Positions 15,156 through 21,718 are shown, counted from the first letter of the stretch. The stretch: DNA of 32,000 bases from Candidatus Nanoarchaeia archaeon (GCA_028279745.1 JANQNC010000001.1:1230001-1262000); one strand, 5' to 3'. The notes: a model not told the origin generated them from the sequence alone. Numbers and translations are program-made.

Positions 15156-15709
15156 TTTTTCAGGGCCTCCGCTTTTTTAACGTATGTATGTATCGAGTCT
15201 GCCTGTTTTCCTGCTACCCGTATCATAACTAATTTTGCATAGTTGTTTTCTTCTTTTGAGACTTGTTCTGTTAGGTACTCTGCCAGATTTATGTGCCACA
15301 TTGCGATATTGAGATAGTGGTTTATTTGTTGCTCTTTTGTAAAGTAGTCCTGTTTTATTTCAGGTCTAGTTTTTATGAATTTTTTTTCTGTCTTAATCGC
15401 TTCTCTTTCTATAAGCTCTTCTAAGTTCTTTTCGATAGCTTCATCTGTCTCTAACCTATGCAGTTTTTCAACAGCATTCAAAAAATTTTGTTGTATCTTA
15501 GGCAAATAATCATCTTTCTGAGTGTTATAATTTTTCTTTTGAGCTTTTTTTTTCTTTACTGCAAAAACTTTTTTTACTTTTTTCTCAAGTTCTTGTTCAA
15601 CTTCAGGAAGAGGTTTTAGAGTACTTGGATCTGTTTTACAATATTTAATCCCAAATGATGCAGCTGCAGCTAGCCAAACTGCGATTAGTAGGGATTTTTT
15701 GAAGTTCAT
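15152..15709 (-). CDS. secreted protein, conserved-signal-peptide family member 1 (185 aa, Lys/Glu-rich helical mature part)
   Basis: MNFKKSLLIAVWLAAAASFGIKYC. The mature part is predicted helical and charged. Confidence 0.7.
   Translation of the reverse strand: MNFKKSLLIAVWLAAAASFGIKYCKTDPSTLKPLPEVEQELEKKVKKVFAVKKKKAQKKNYNTQKDDYLPKIQQNFLNAVEKLHRLETDEAIEKNLEELIEREAIKTEKKFIKTRPEIKQDYFTKEQQINHYLNIAMWHINLAEYLTEQVSKEENNYAKLVMIRVAGKQADSIHTYVKKAEALKK
15644..15709 (-). repeat. conserved signal-peptide cassette, copy 1
   Basis: tttaatcccaaatgatgcagctgcagctagccaaactgcgattagtagggatttttt... Confidence 0.85.
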
Positions 15710-15717
15710 TTTTTTCG

Positions 15718-16125
15718 TTAAAGTCTCTTTTGATACAAAACTTCTATCTCGCTTGCATACTTATATCCGACTCTTACATCTGGCTCTGCAAATGAAACTG
15801 CCCGTTCACTAAGTGGATATTTAGGGTATTTAGACATACTTATCCTGGTGTCCTTATCAATAAGAAGATCCAGGGTTTCTTTGGTTGTTGCCCCGTCATC
15901 AAGTATATTCAAAGCTAAAATTCGGCCACAATCTGTTTTAACTTTTATTATATATTTTGAGTCTTTGGTATACTTTTCCTCAATTACTTTTCCTTGAATG
16001 CTGTTTTTTGTTTTGTATCCAGGAGTAGACATCTTATGAGTTAGTTTAGCAGTTAAGCCTGCAAGCACTATAGCAGTTGCAATTATGCATCTGTTAAGAT
16101 ATTTGTCAAACCTTTTTTTATTCAT
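15718..16125 (-). CDS. N-terminally anchored small beta-rich protein (135 aa)
   Basis: Signal anchor CIIATAIVLAGLTAKL after a basic N-terminus. SD GGAGA upstream. Confidence 0.6.
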   Translation of the reverse strand: MNKKRFDKYLNRCIIATAIVLAGLTAKLTHKMSTPGYKTKNSIQGKVIEEKYTKDSKYIIKVKTDCGRILALNILDDGATTKETLDLLIDKDTRISMSKYPKYPLSERAVSFAEPDVRVGYKYASEIEVLYQKRL

Positions 16126-16161
16126 TTTTATCTCCTATTGTGTTTTTCATTTTAGTTAACC

Positions 16162-16455
16162 TCATGAATATTTTTCTGCTAGTTCTTCTAAGTTAGTGCT
16201 TAGTTTGTTCATTGCAGTCATTACTGGTTCACCGAAAGATTCTCCGCCATAACTTTTGATTTCTTTAGCCATCCTTTTGTAAAAAACATCTTTTAAGAGA
16301 CCTGCTTGTGGTGCTTTTCTTTTCAGATAGTTCATTATCTTTTGGGGTGCTTGTTTAATTCTGTCATTTGATGTTGTATCTTCATTTACCCAAATCATTG
16401 TGTTTCTTATGTATTCAGAACTTTGTTCGCAGATGCTTTTTAGGTTATTTTTCAT
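16162..16455 (-). CDS. hypothetical cytoplasmic helical protein (97 aa from ATG)
   Basis: The track start (16473) is TTG. The ATG at 16455 lies 4 nt after the upstream stop, with GGTGAGAG upstream. Confidence 0.5.
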   Translation of the reverse strand: MKNNLKSICEQSSEYIRNTMIWVNEDTTSNDRIKQAPQKIMNYLKRKAPQAGLLKDVFYKRMAKEIKSYGGESFGEPVMTAMNKLSTNLEELAEKYS

Positions 16456-16459
16456 TGTC

Positions 16460-16828
16460 TTATCTCTCACCAAAGTCTTGTAATTTTCTGTTTAATCTGT
16501 ATAATTTTACACCTTTCTTGTGATCTTCAACTTCTTCCCACTTGTATTCTCCCCAGTTAAAACTAACTAATCCATCCATGTCTTTCATCGCTTCGTCTCT
16601 ATTTTGGTATGCTGCATTTGCTACTAGAACTTCAGCGATCTGCTCTTTTGTGTATAGAGGTGTGTTTCTAGAACCGAACATTAGTTTGATCTCTGATAAT
16701 GCACTTGTTAACATGCTTTGTTTGCCTATTAACATTTTTTCTAGCTGTCTAAGTGTAGCACATTCTTTGTTCTGTGCAGGAACTAGTGTGTTTGTTGTGC
16801 TTAGTATTGCTTTCATGTAGTTTTCCAT
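16460..16828 (-). CDS. hypothetical cytoplasmic protein (122 aa from ATG)
   Basis: The ATG at 16828 (MENYMKAIL) is preceded by AAGGAGGA at optimal spacing. The longer track start lacks an SD. Confidence 0.55.
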   Translation of the reverse strand: MENYMKAILSTTNTLVPAQNKECATLRQLEKMLIGKQSMLTSALSEIKLMFGSRNTPLYTKEQIAEVLVANAAYQNRDEAMKDMDGLVSFNWGEYKWEEVEDHKKGVKLYRLNRKLQDFGER

Positions 16829-16841
16829 TTTATTTTCCTCC

Positions 16842-17231
16842 TTAATTAAATTCAAAAGGGGTTGTAGATAGTACTGATTCTAGGTTGTATATTTTTACTG
16901 TTTCTGATTTGTTTCCTTCTCTATCTACTGCATATACCTCAAAAGTATAAGGCATGTTGTCTCTTACTTCTCTTGGAACTACAAAAGAAGCGCTGTGTTT
17001 TAGTTTGCATCTGTTTACTAGTTTTACTTTTTTGTCTTCACAAACTGCATAAGCAGTCATTCCAACTGCGTTGTTGTCCTTAAAATCTATGTATTTACCG
17101 GATGCATCCTCTAAGACAGGTATTTTTTTATGCTGCTCTGATTCTACTTTTGTTTTTTCAGTTGTTGAACATCCAGTAAACCCAAAATATAATGTTGCGA
17201 TTGTTGCTATAGTTGCTAGTACTTTTTTCAT
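16842..17231 (-). CDS. lipobox-type putative lipoprotein (129 aa), tandem paralog B
   Basis: MKKVLATIATIATLYFGFTGC (lipobox-like FTGC). GGAGGA SD. The first 44 coding nt plus the SD are identical to the upstream paralog. Confidence 0.7.
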   Translation of the reverse strand: MKKVLATIATIATLYFGFTGCSTTEKTKVESEQHKKIPVLEDASGKYIDFKDNNAVGMTAYAVCEDKKVKLVNRCKLKHSASFVVPREVRDNMPYTFEVYAVDREGNKSETVKIYNLESVLSTTPFEFN

Positions 17232-17245
17232 TTTTTATTCCTCCT
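17188..17245 (-). repeat. 58-bp perfect direct repeat, copy 1 (SD, ATG and signal-peptide codons of lipoprotein B)
   Basis: tataatgttgcgattgttgctatagttgctagtacttttttcattttttattcctcct is identical to 17575-17632. Confidence 0.95.
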
Positions 17246-17618
17246 TAAACTTTTGATAACTGTCTACAAATTCTCCAGAAATCTGAGTTAGTTTCCCCCT
17301 TATGTCTATGTCAACCTCACTCTTGAATATGGGTTTTTTGGTTATTACTCTGACACTATCTCCTAATTTGAACGGATCTGCTTTTCCGGAACAGACGTAA
17401 ACGTTACCTTCTTTTGTTCTAATTTCGTATGCGTTGATTTCGCTCATTATGCTTCCATTACCTGTGCCCCATAATGATGCGTTTTTATTGTGTATGCTGT
17501 ATTTGTTAGTGACTCTTCCAACAAGGGGATTTTCAGAATGTGTTGCTTTGTTTTCAGAACATCCTAATCCGAAGTATAATGTTGCGATTGTTGCTATAGT
17601 TGCTAGTACTTTTTTCAT
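17235..17618 (-). CDS. lipobox-type putative lipoprotein (127 aa), tandem paralog A
   Basis: MKKVLATIATIATLYFGLGC (lipobox-like GLGC). GGAGGA SD. ATGA overlap with the upstream gene. Confidence 0.7.
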   Translation of the reverse strand: MKKVLATIATIATLYFGLGCSENKATHSENPLVGRVTNKYSIHNKNASLWGTGNGSIMSEINAYEIRTKEGNVYVCSGKADPFKLGDSVRVITKKPIFKSEVDIDIRGKLTQISGEFVDSYQKFKEE

Positions 17619-17632
17619 TTTTTATTCCTCCT
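17575..17632 (-). repeat. 58-bp perfect direct repeat, copy 2 (SD, ATG and signal-peptide codons of lipoprotein A)
   Basis: Identical to 17188-17245. The copies are 387 bp apart. Confidence 0.95.
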
Positions 17633-17908
17633 CAAGCTTTTCAAGAAATAATCTTCACTTGTTAGTTTTTCAAGAGTGATTCCTTTTTTTTCAGCAAAAG
17701 ATTTGATTCTTATTTGGTTTTTATAGGGGGTTACATAGCTTTCAATCTTGAATACTGAAACTTTTTCAGTTACACTTTCATGGCGAACTGCTTTTCTAAG
17801 GTTTGCAGATTCACCTAGAACAGTCATTAAATAAGGTTCAACAAGCTTGTCCAGTATTGGGTTAAAGTCATGTTTTTTGCTGTCGTAAAATATGGCAATT
17901 CCTACCAT
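17615..17908 (-). CDS. small cytoplasmic protein (97 aa), SEDYFLK family, first gene of operon A
   Basis: ATG at 17908 preceded by a G7 SD-like tract. Paralog of 11826-12101 (EPYL, FKIES, ITLEKLTSEDYFLKSL). Confidence 0.6.
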   Translation of the reverse strand: MVGIAIFYDSKKHDFNPILDKLVEPYLMTVLGESANLRKAVRHESVTEKVSVFKIESYVTPYKNQIRIKSFAEKKGITLEKLTSEDYFLKSLRRNKK

Positions 17909-17921
17909 TTTTCCCCCCCAG

Positions 17922-17942
17922 TAGTCACTTGTTTAGTTACTA
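17922..17942 (-). promoter_or_regulatory. 21-nt palindromic element in the 5' leader of operon A
   Basis: tagtcac-ttgttta-gttacta: 7-nt arms with one mismatch and a 7-nt spacer. It lies 14 nt upstream of the ATG at 17908. Same element as at 21613-21633. Confidence 0.5.
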
Positions 17943-17963
17943 GGTAGAAGTAATTAGATGTAG

Positions 17964-18005
17964 TATTTATATGATTTCCATATAAATTATAGTGAACATT
18001 ATAAA
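17964..18005 (-). promoter_or_regulatory. conserved promoter/operator module, copy A (heads operon A, 17908->11826)
   Basis: The plus strand reads tatttatatgatttccatataaattatagtgaacattataaa. On the minus strand this is TTTATAATGTTCACTATAATTTATATGGAAATCATATAAATA. 39/42 identical to copy B. Confidence 0.75.
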
Positions 18006-18050
18006 AAATGCCCGAAGTAGAAGGGTGCAATGGTGATTTGCTTCTTCGGG
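18001..18050 (-). terminator. hairpin plus T-run terminator-like structure after operon B
   Basis: cccgaag(ta)gaag ... cttcttcggg forms 11 bp with a 2-nt bulge at 18011-18050. On the minus strand it is followed by CATTTTTTAT. It lies 27 nt after the stop of 18077-18796. Confidence 0.55.
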
Positions 18051-18076
18051 TCTTTATTCTTCCTTTAAAATATCAT

Positions 18077-18796
18077 CTAGAACTCTGCTATCGAATTCTC
18101 TTCCTTTGGATTTCTGTATACTAAATAAGAACAGACTTCTTTGATGGATCTGTGGTTTGTATCTACTAAACCACTTTTGACACTGTTTCCGAATATAGAA
18201 GCACCGTTTGCTTTAAAATATGGATAAAGAAGGATGCCTCCTTTTTCTAGCTCAGGTAAGGCTAAGTTATCTATTCCATCAATAAAGAAGTAGGGCTTGC
18301 CTTCGAGACTTGTCACTCTTTTAAAATAATGGTCCATGATTTCTTTTACATTATTCATAGTTTCCGTAAATCTTTTTGTTCTTTTACAACCTAAAACATT
18401 TTTTATGAGGCTGTCTTTTTTAACTTCATCGTAATCTGTTTCTTCTCCTCCTCTAATGAGTCCCATTGTTTTGTTGTCGGAAACTCTGATAAGATTGCTA
18501 TTTTCAGTAGTATATTCATCTGAACCAACAAGATAAGGCTTTAGAAATTCAGGTAGTTCGACAAAATCTCTAAATATCTCCCTTCCCTGTTCGGTTTCTA
18601 TATTTTTGGTTACTGCGTATAAAAGATCAGTTAGTTCGCTGTAGGTAGGGAGTCTTAATATGTCGTCCTCGTGTTTTTTAAGGTCTTCCATCTTTTCTCC
18701 TATGACTCTCTTTGGAGAGAAGTATATGTTTCCTTCAAGACCTTCTACTTTTAGTGCAGGTCTTTGAACTTTTACTTCAATGGTTGTTTCTCTCAT
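18077..18796 (-). CDS. hypothetical protein (239 aa), last gene of operon B
   Basis: SD GAGGT upstream. Followed by a hairpin plus T-run at 18001-18050. No family recognised. Confidence 0.6.
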   Translation of the reverse strand: MRETTIEVKVQRPALKVEGLEGNIYFSPKRVIGEKMEDLKKHEDDILRLPTYSELTDLLYAVTKNIETEQGREIFRDFVELPEFLKPYLVGSDEYTTENSNLIRVSDNKTMGLIRGGEETDYDEVKKDSLIKNVLGCKRTKRFTETMNNVKEIMDHYFKRVTSLEGKPYFFIDGIDNLALPELEKGGILLYPYFKANGASIFGNSVKSGLVDTNHRSIKEVCSYLVYRNPKEENSIAEF

Positions 18797-18799
18797 TTT

Positions 18800-19342
18800 T
18801 TACCTCAAAAAAGTTTCATAAAGGTGTGTTACTAACTTATCATCATCTTTAATCAATTCATTTATTTGTTCTAGTGTTGAATCGATCTTAGGGTCTCCCA
18901 TTGTGTTATCCATTATATCAAAATCTTTTGGGCAAGAGTCTATGTCAAAATCTAGATAGTGTTTACGATTATGGTCAGATATGCTTATGAAATACACTCT
19001 TTCTGATAAATTATCGACTTTATCGCCGTATAACATTTTAGTTAAACCCTTGTAAGTGATGTCTTCTTTAAAGTCTAATGCTAGTCTGTATCCTTCCCTT
19101 TTGTTAACAAATACGGAAATTGCAGATACTGTCATTAAATAAGGTTGAAGTGAGAGTGTTATCCCTTCTCTTTTAGTGCCATCTGTGTCTTTTGAAGTTA
19201 ATTTACTCTGTATGATGTTTTTAGAATCTCCTACTAAATTCTCCATTTTTGATAAATAGTTATCTCCGACTAATCTGGTTAAGTCTGAAGTGGTGTTTAG
19301 TACAAAATTGCTTTTTTCATGTGGGGTTAGTTCTATGTTCAT
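18800..19342 (-). CDS. hypothetical protein (180 aa)
   Basis: ATGA overlap with the upstream gene, and SD GAGGGT within it. No family recognised. Confidence 0.55.
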   Translation of the reverse strand: MNIELTPHEKSNFVLNTTSDLTRLVGDNYLSKMENLVGDSKNIIQSKLTSKDTDGTKREGITLSLQPYLMTVSAISVFVNKREGYRLALDFKEDITYKGLTKMLYGDKVDNLSERVYFISISDHNRKHYLDFDIDSCPKDFDIMDNTMGDPKIDSTLEQINELIKDDDKLVTHLYETFLR

Positions 19343-20091
19343 TTTCTAACCCTCTTTGGATTAAACAAATCTAATGATTTTTTTTCTGTTTCAAGTCTTT
19401 TTTCTTCTCTTCGCTTGTCTGCGTTTGCCAAAAATTTTTCTAGTCTTTTCTTATCCGATTTTGCTTTTGCTGCTTCTTTTTTAAGTTCTTTGTACATTTT
19501 GTTTAAAGCACTAATTAACTTTAATTCAAGTTTTTCTTCAAAATTTACAGAGTGTGGCTTGTTTCCTGAATGGTAAGTTATCTTATTTTTAAAATCTTTA
19601 AACCTATCGTTGGTGTTGAAGTCAATTCCTAATGGGAAAGAGTCAACTAATGAAACTAACCTGTTTTCTTCTCTAGCCATATATTGAAAGTTTTCTTTAC
19701 TTAAATCCTTGTTGTGGAGTATTTTAAACTGGGTTTTATCTGTTTTTTTGCTTCCTTTGTTTCTTGTTTCTTGGAATACGTAAACGAAATCTGTGCTGTC
19801 TTCATAAAAAACTTTTTCATGTGTTATGAATTTGCCATCTGGAGAGATGTAAAGTCTGCTGTACATTGGCATAAGATGATCAAATTCTTTTGAATTTGTT
19901 AATTTATAGGCTAGTTGTTCTATTTTTGTTCTATTTGAATTTTTTTGTAAGTATTTTCTTATAGGTAAAGGTTTAGCATTCACTTTTGTGGCTAAAGCAA
20001 AATAGGTAATCACTGCTGCGGTTGTTGCTATCTTTCCTGCGTTGTCATAAATTTTCTTTCCGATGTTGTATAGTTTTTGTTTTATTGTCAT
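19339..20091 (-). CDS. N-terminally anchored protein (250 aa) with C-terminal Lys/Glu-rich coiled-coil-like tail
   Basis: The track start is GTG. The ATG at 20091 (MTIKQKL) has GAGGAG 5 nt upstream. Anchor KIATTAAVITYFALATKV. Confidence 0.6.
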   Translation of the reverse strand: MTIKQKLYNIGKKIYDNAGKIATTAAVITYFALATKVNAKPLPIRKYLQKNSNRTKIEQLAYKLTNSKEFDHLMPMYSRLYISPDGKFITHEKVFYEDSTDFVYVFQETRNKGSKKTDKTQFKILHNKDLSKENFQYMAREENRLVSLVDSFPLGIDFNTNDRFKDFKNKITYHSGNKPHSVNFEEKLELKLISALNKMYKELKKEAAKAKSDKKRLEKFLANADKRREEKRLETEKKSLDLFNPKRVRK

Positions 20092-20099
20092 TTCTCTCC

Positions 20100-20447
20100 T
20101 CACATCATTGATTCTACTTCTGTTTCTGATAGTTCCATTGCGGGATCTGCGATGTCATGATTATCAAACTCGTCTAGTCTTTCGATTCTTGCTTCAAGTT
20201 TAGCATAAAAGTCTGTTAAGTCATTTCCTGTCATCTTGACAAGATCTATCTTCCTTTCTGAGCTGTGTTCACATCTGTAAAGTGTTTCTTGATCAAATGT
20301 GTTTATGAAATATGTTTTGCCTTCGAACTTTTCGTCATGGAATGCTCCATTGAAACGGTTGTCTAAAATCTCTCTGATGCTGTCATTATTCCATCCTTCA
20401 CTAGGGTTTTGTATGGTCAGATTGTATCCGTTTTCGATTATTTTCAT
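20100..20447 (-). CDS. acidic hypothetical protein (115 aa)
   Basis: SD GGAGAA upstream. No signal peptide. No family recognised. Confidence 0.55.
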   Translation of the reverse strand: MKIIENGYNLTIQNPSEGWNNDSIREILDNRFNGAFHDEKFEGKTYFINTFDQETLYRCEHSSERKIDLVKMTGNDLTDFYAKLEARIERLDEFDNHDIADPAMELSETEVESMM

Positions 20448-20450
20448 TTT

Positions 20451-20627
20451 CTAGTTCTCCATATCGTCATGGTACCATTTGCCGAATCTTGCTTGGGTTA
20501 TCGCTCCCGGGATTCTGTCTAATTCTTCTAGGCTAAGCTTTCTATTGCTCTTGTAAGCTACGCCTCTGTTTATCTCTGATTTCATGAATTGTTTAAGGTC
20601 TAGTTTGTTTTCTTTTGTTTCTTCCAT
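20451..20627 (-). CDS. small ORF (58 aa) missing from the track
   Basis: Hand translation gives MEETKENKLDLKQFMKSEINRGVAYKSNRKLSLEELDRIPGAITQARFGKWYHDDMEN. It fills the otherwise unexplained 236-nt gap inside operon B, and its stop lies 3 nt before the next ATG. Confidence 0.45.
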   Translation of the reverse strand: MEETKENKLDLKQFMKSEINRGVAYKSNRKLSLEELDRIPGAITQARFGKWYHDDMEN

Positions 20628-20683
20628 TTTCTCATTGACTTCTTTGTTTTCTTATTGTGATTCGTTTTTTGGTTCTGTTATTT

Positions 20684-21586
20684 TCATTTCCTCACAGTCA
20701 GTCTTTTGTATTCTGCTTTTTGGCCGTTGTTAACTCCGATTATGTAAGTTCCAGCTCCAACAGGTAGACCGTTCTTGTTTGTTCCATCCCAAACTTTCTG
20801 TCCTTTCAGATCTCTAATCATCTTTCCATGGATGTCGAATACTTTAGCATCGATCCCGTTGTGATTAATGTTGATTTGAGAACCTGATTTTGCAGGGTTT
20901 GGACTAACATTCATACCTTTGTAAATTCTTCTTGGAATGTTTTCAATATTTGCTGGAGGCAGAACCGTTACTACCGTAGATTCGGTTGTGTTTTTGCCTT
21001 CATTATCTGTTATTGTTAATTTGGTTAAATAGGTTCCAGGTTCTGAGTATCTGAATGTTACGGTGTGGTCACCTGCCATTCCGGCGTCTATCTCTCCATC
21101 ATTATCGTGGTCCCATCTGTAGACTATGCTAGGATCAGATCCTGTTATGCTGAATTCTACATCTAAAGGTGCTTGACCTGTAGTCTCTGTTGATCCTACT
21201 ATTCCAGGCGTTCCTGCCTCTCCTTCTGCTTTTTGTGCTGCGATTACAACTGTTTCGCTTGTTTGTTTTCCTTCATTATCTGTAACTGTAACTGTAGCTA
21301 TGTATGCTCCTGGTTCTTCATATCTGTTTGATATTGTGTGGGGGCCGTTTGCGGTTGCATCCACGTTTCCATCTCCGTCAAAGTCCCATTCGTACTTTAC
21401 TATGTTGCCATCAACGTCAAGGCCTGTTGCGGTAAATAAGGTATTTAGCGGCGCAACGCCTGATTGGTTTATTGCGTTAACTGTAACGTATGGTGCTATA
21501 TTATCTGTAGAACTTGCTCTTGCTGCAGGTGTTAAACCTAACACTGCTGACAAAACAAGTGCTGTTAATGTTTTTGCTTTTTTCAT
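20684..21586 (-). CDS. secreted protein with two PKD domains and a T9SS-type/FlgD-Ig-like C-terminal domain
   Basis: Signal peptide MKKAKTLTALVLSAVLGLTPAARA. Two PKD-like repeats: GVAPLNTLFTATG...YEWDFDGDG...Y.EPGAYIATVTVTDNEG, and GQAPLDVEFSITG...YRWDHDNDG...YSEPGTYLTKLTITDNEG. The C-terminus VSPNPAKSGSQINI...AKVFDIHGKMIRDL...WDGTNKNGLPVGAGTYIIGV resembles the Por/T9SS sorting and FlgD-Ig domains. G+C is visibly higher than in the neighbours. Confidence 0.8.
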   Translation of the reverse strand: MKKAKTLTALVLSAVLGLTPAARASSTDNIAPYVTVNAINQSGVAPLNTLFTATGLDVDGNIVKYEWDFDGDGNVDATANGPHTISNRYEEPGAYIATVTVTDNEGKQTSETVVIAAQKAEGEAGTPGIVGSTETTGQAPLDVEFSITGSDPSIVYRWDHDNDGEIDAGMAGDHTVTFRYSEPGTYLTKLTITDNEGKNTTESTVVTVLPPANIENIPRRIYKGMNVSPNPAKSGSQININHNGIDAKVFDIHGKMIRDLKGQKVWDGTNKNGLPVGAGTYIIGVNNGQKAEYKRLTVRK

Positions 21587-21612
21587 TTTTTGTTTACCTC
21601 TTAGTTATCATC

Positions 21613-21633
21613 TAGTCACCTCTTTTGTGACTA
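21613..21633 (-). promoter_or_regulatory. 21-nt palindromic element in the 5' leader of operon B
   Basis: tagtcac-ctctttt-gtgacta: perfect 7-nt arms and a 7-nt spacer. It lies 27 nt upstream of the ATG at 21586. Confidence 0.55.
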
Positions 21634-21657
21634 CTGAGTGGTGAATATACTATCTAC

Positions 21658-21699
21658 TATTTATATGTTTTCCATATAATTTATAGTGAACCTTATAAA
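21658..21699 (-). promoter_or_regulatory. conserved promoter/operator module, copy B (heads operon B, 21586->18077; also abuts the divergent AbrB-PhoU promoter)
   Basis: The plus strand reads tatttatatgttttccatataatttatagtgaaccttataaa. The core atagtgaac lies at 21683-21691, 15 nt from the TATA-like tatttatatg, the same spacing as in copy A. Confidence 0.75.
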
Positions 21700-21710
21700 T
21701 TTTCGAAAGG

Positions 21711-21718
21711 TTTATAAA
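21711..21718 (+). promoter_or_regulatory. TATA box for the AbrB-PhoU gene
   Basis: TTTATAAA, 24 nt upstream of the ATG at 21743. Confidence 0.55.

Noticed and set aside
13852-15709. Class III (type IV pilin-like) signal peptides for the KKSLLIAVWLAAAASFG family
   Set aside because: The charged-then-hydrophobic layout is superficially pilin-like. However, the residue before the hydrophobic stretch is Ser rather than the Gly or Ala expected for prepilin peptidase cleavage, and a conserved Cys follows the hydrophobic core. A Sec-type signal is more likely.
17823-17838. 16-nt identity (gtcattaaataaggtt) with 19131-19146, both encoding PYLMT
   Set aside because: For 32 kb of DNA at about 32% G+C, roughly one such 16-mer coincidence is expected by chance. 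The flanking sequence and the proteins are otherwise unrelated.
20652-20687. 11-codon mini-ORF (MKITEPKNESQ) overlapping the PKD gene stop by ATGA
   Set aside because: It is too short to evaluate. It is probably a fortuitous ATGA, and the 58-aa ORF downstream explains the gap better.
12098-21586. Bacterial (Gram-negative) origin of the contig, suggested by the OMP-like protein, the T9SS-like CTD and the lipoboxes
   Set aside because: The promoter architecture (a TATA box 20-25 nt from the ATG with no SD at operon heads), the AbrB-PhoU fusion and the tandem Lrp fit archaea better. This remains an inference that marker-gene taxonomy could overturn.
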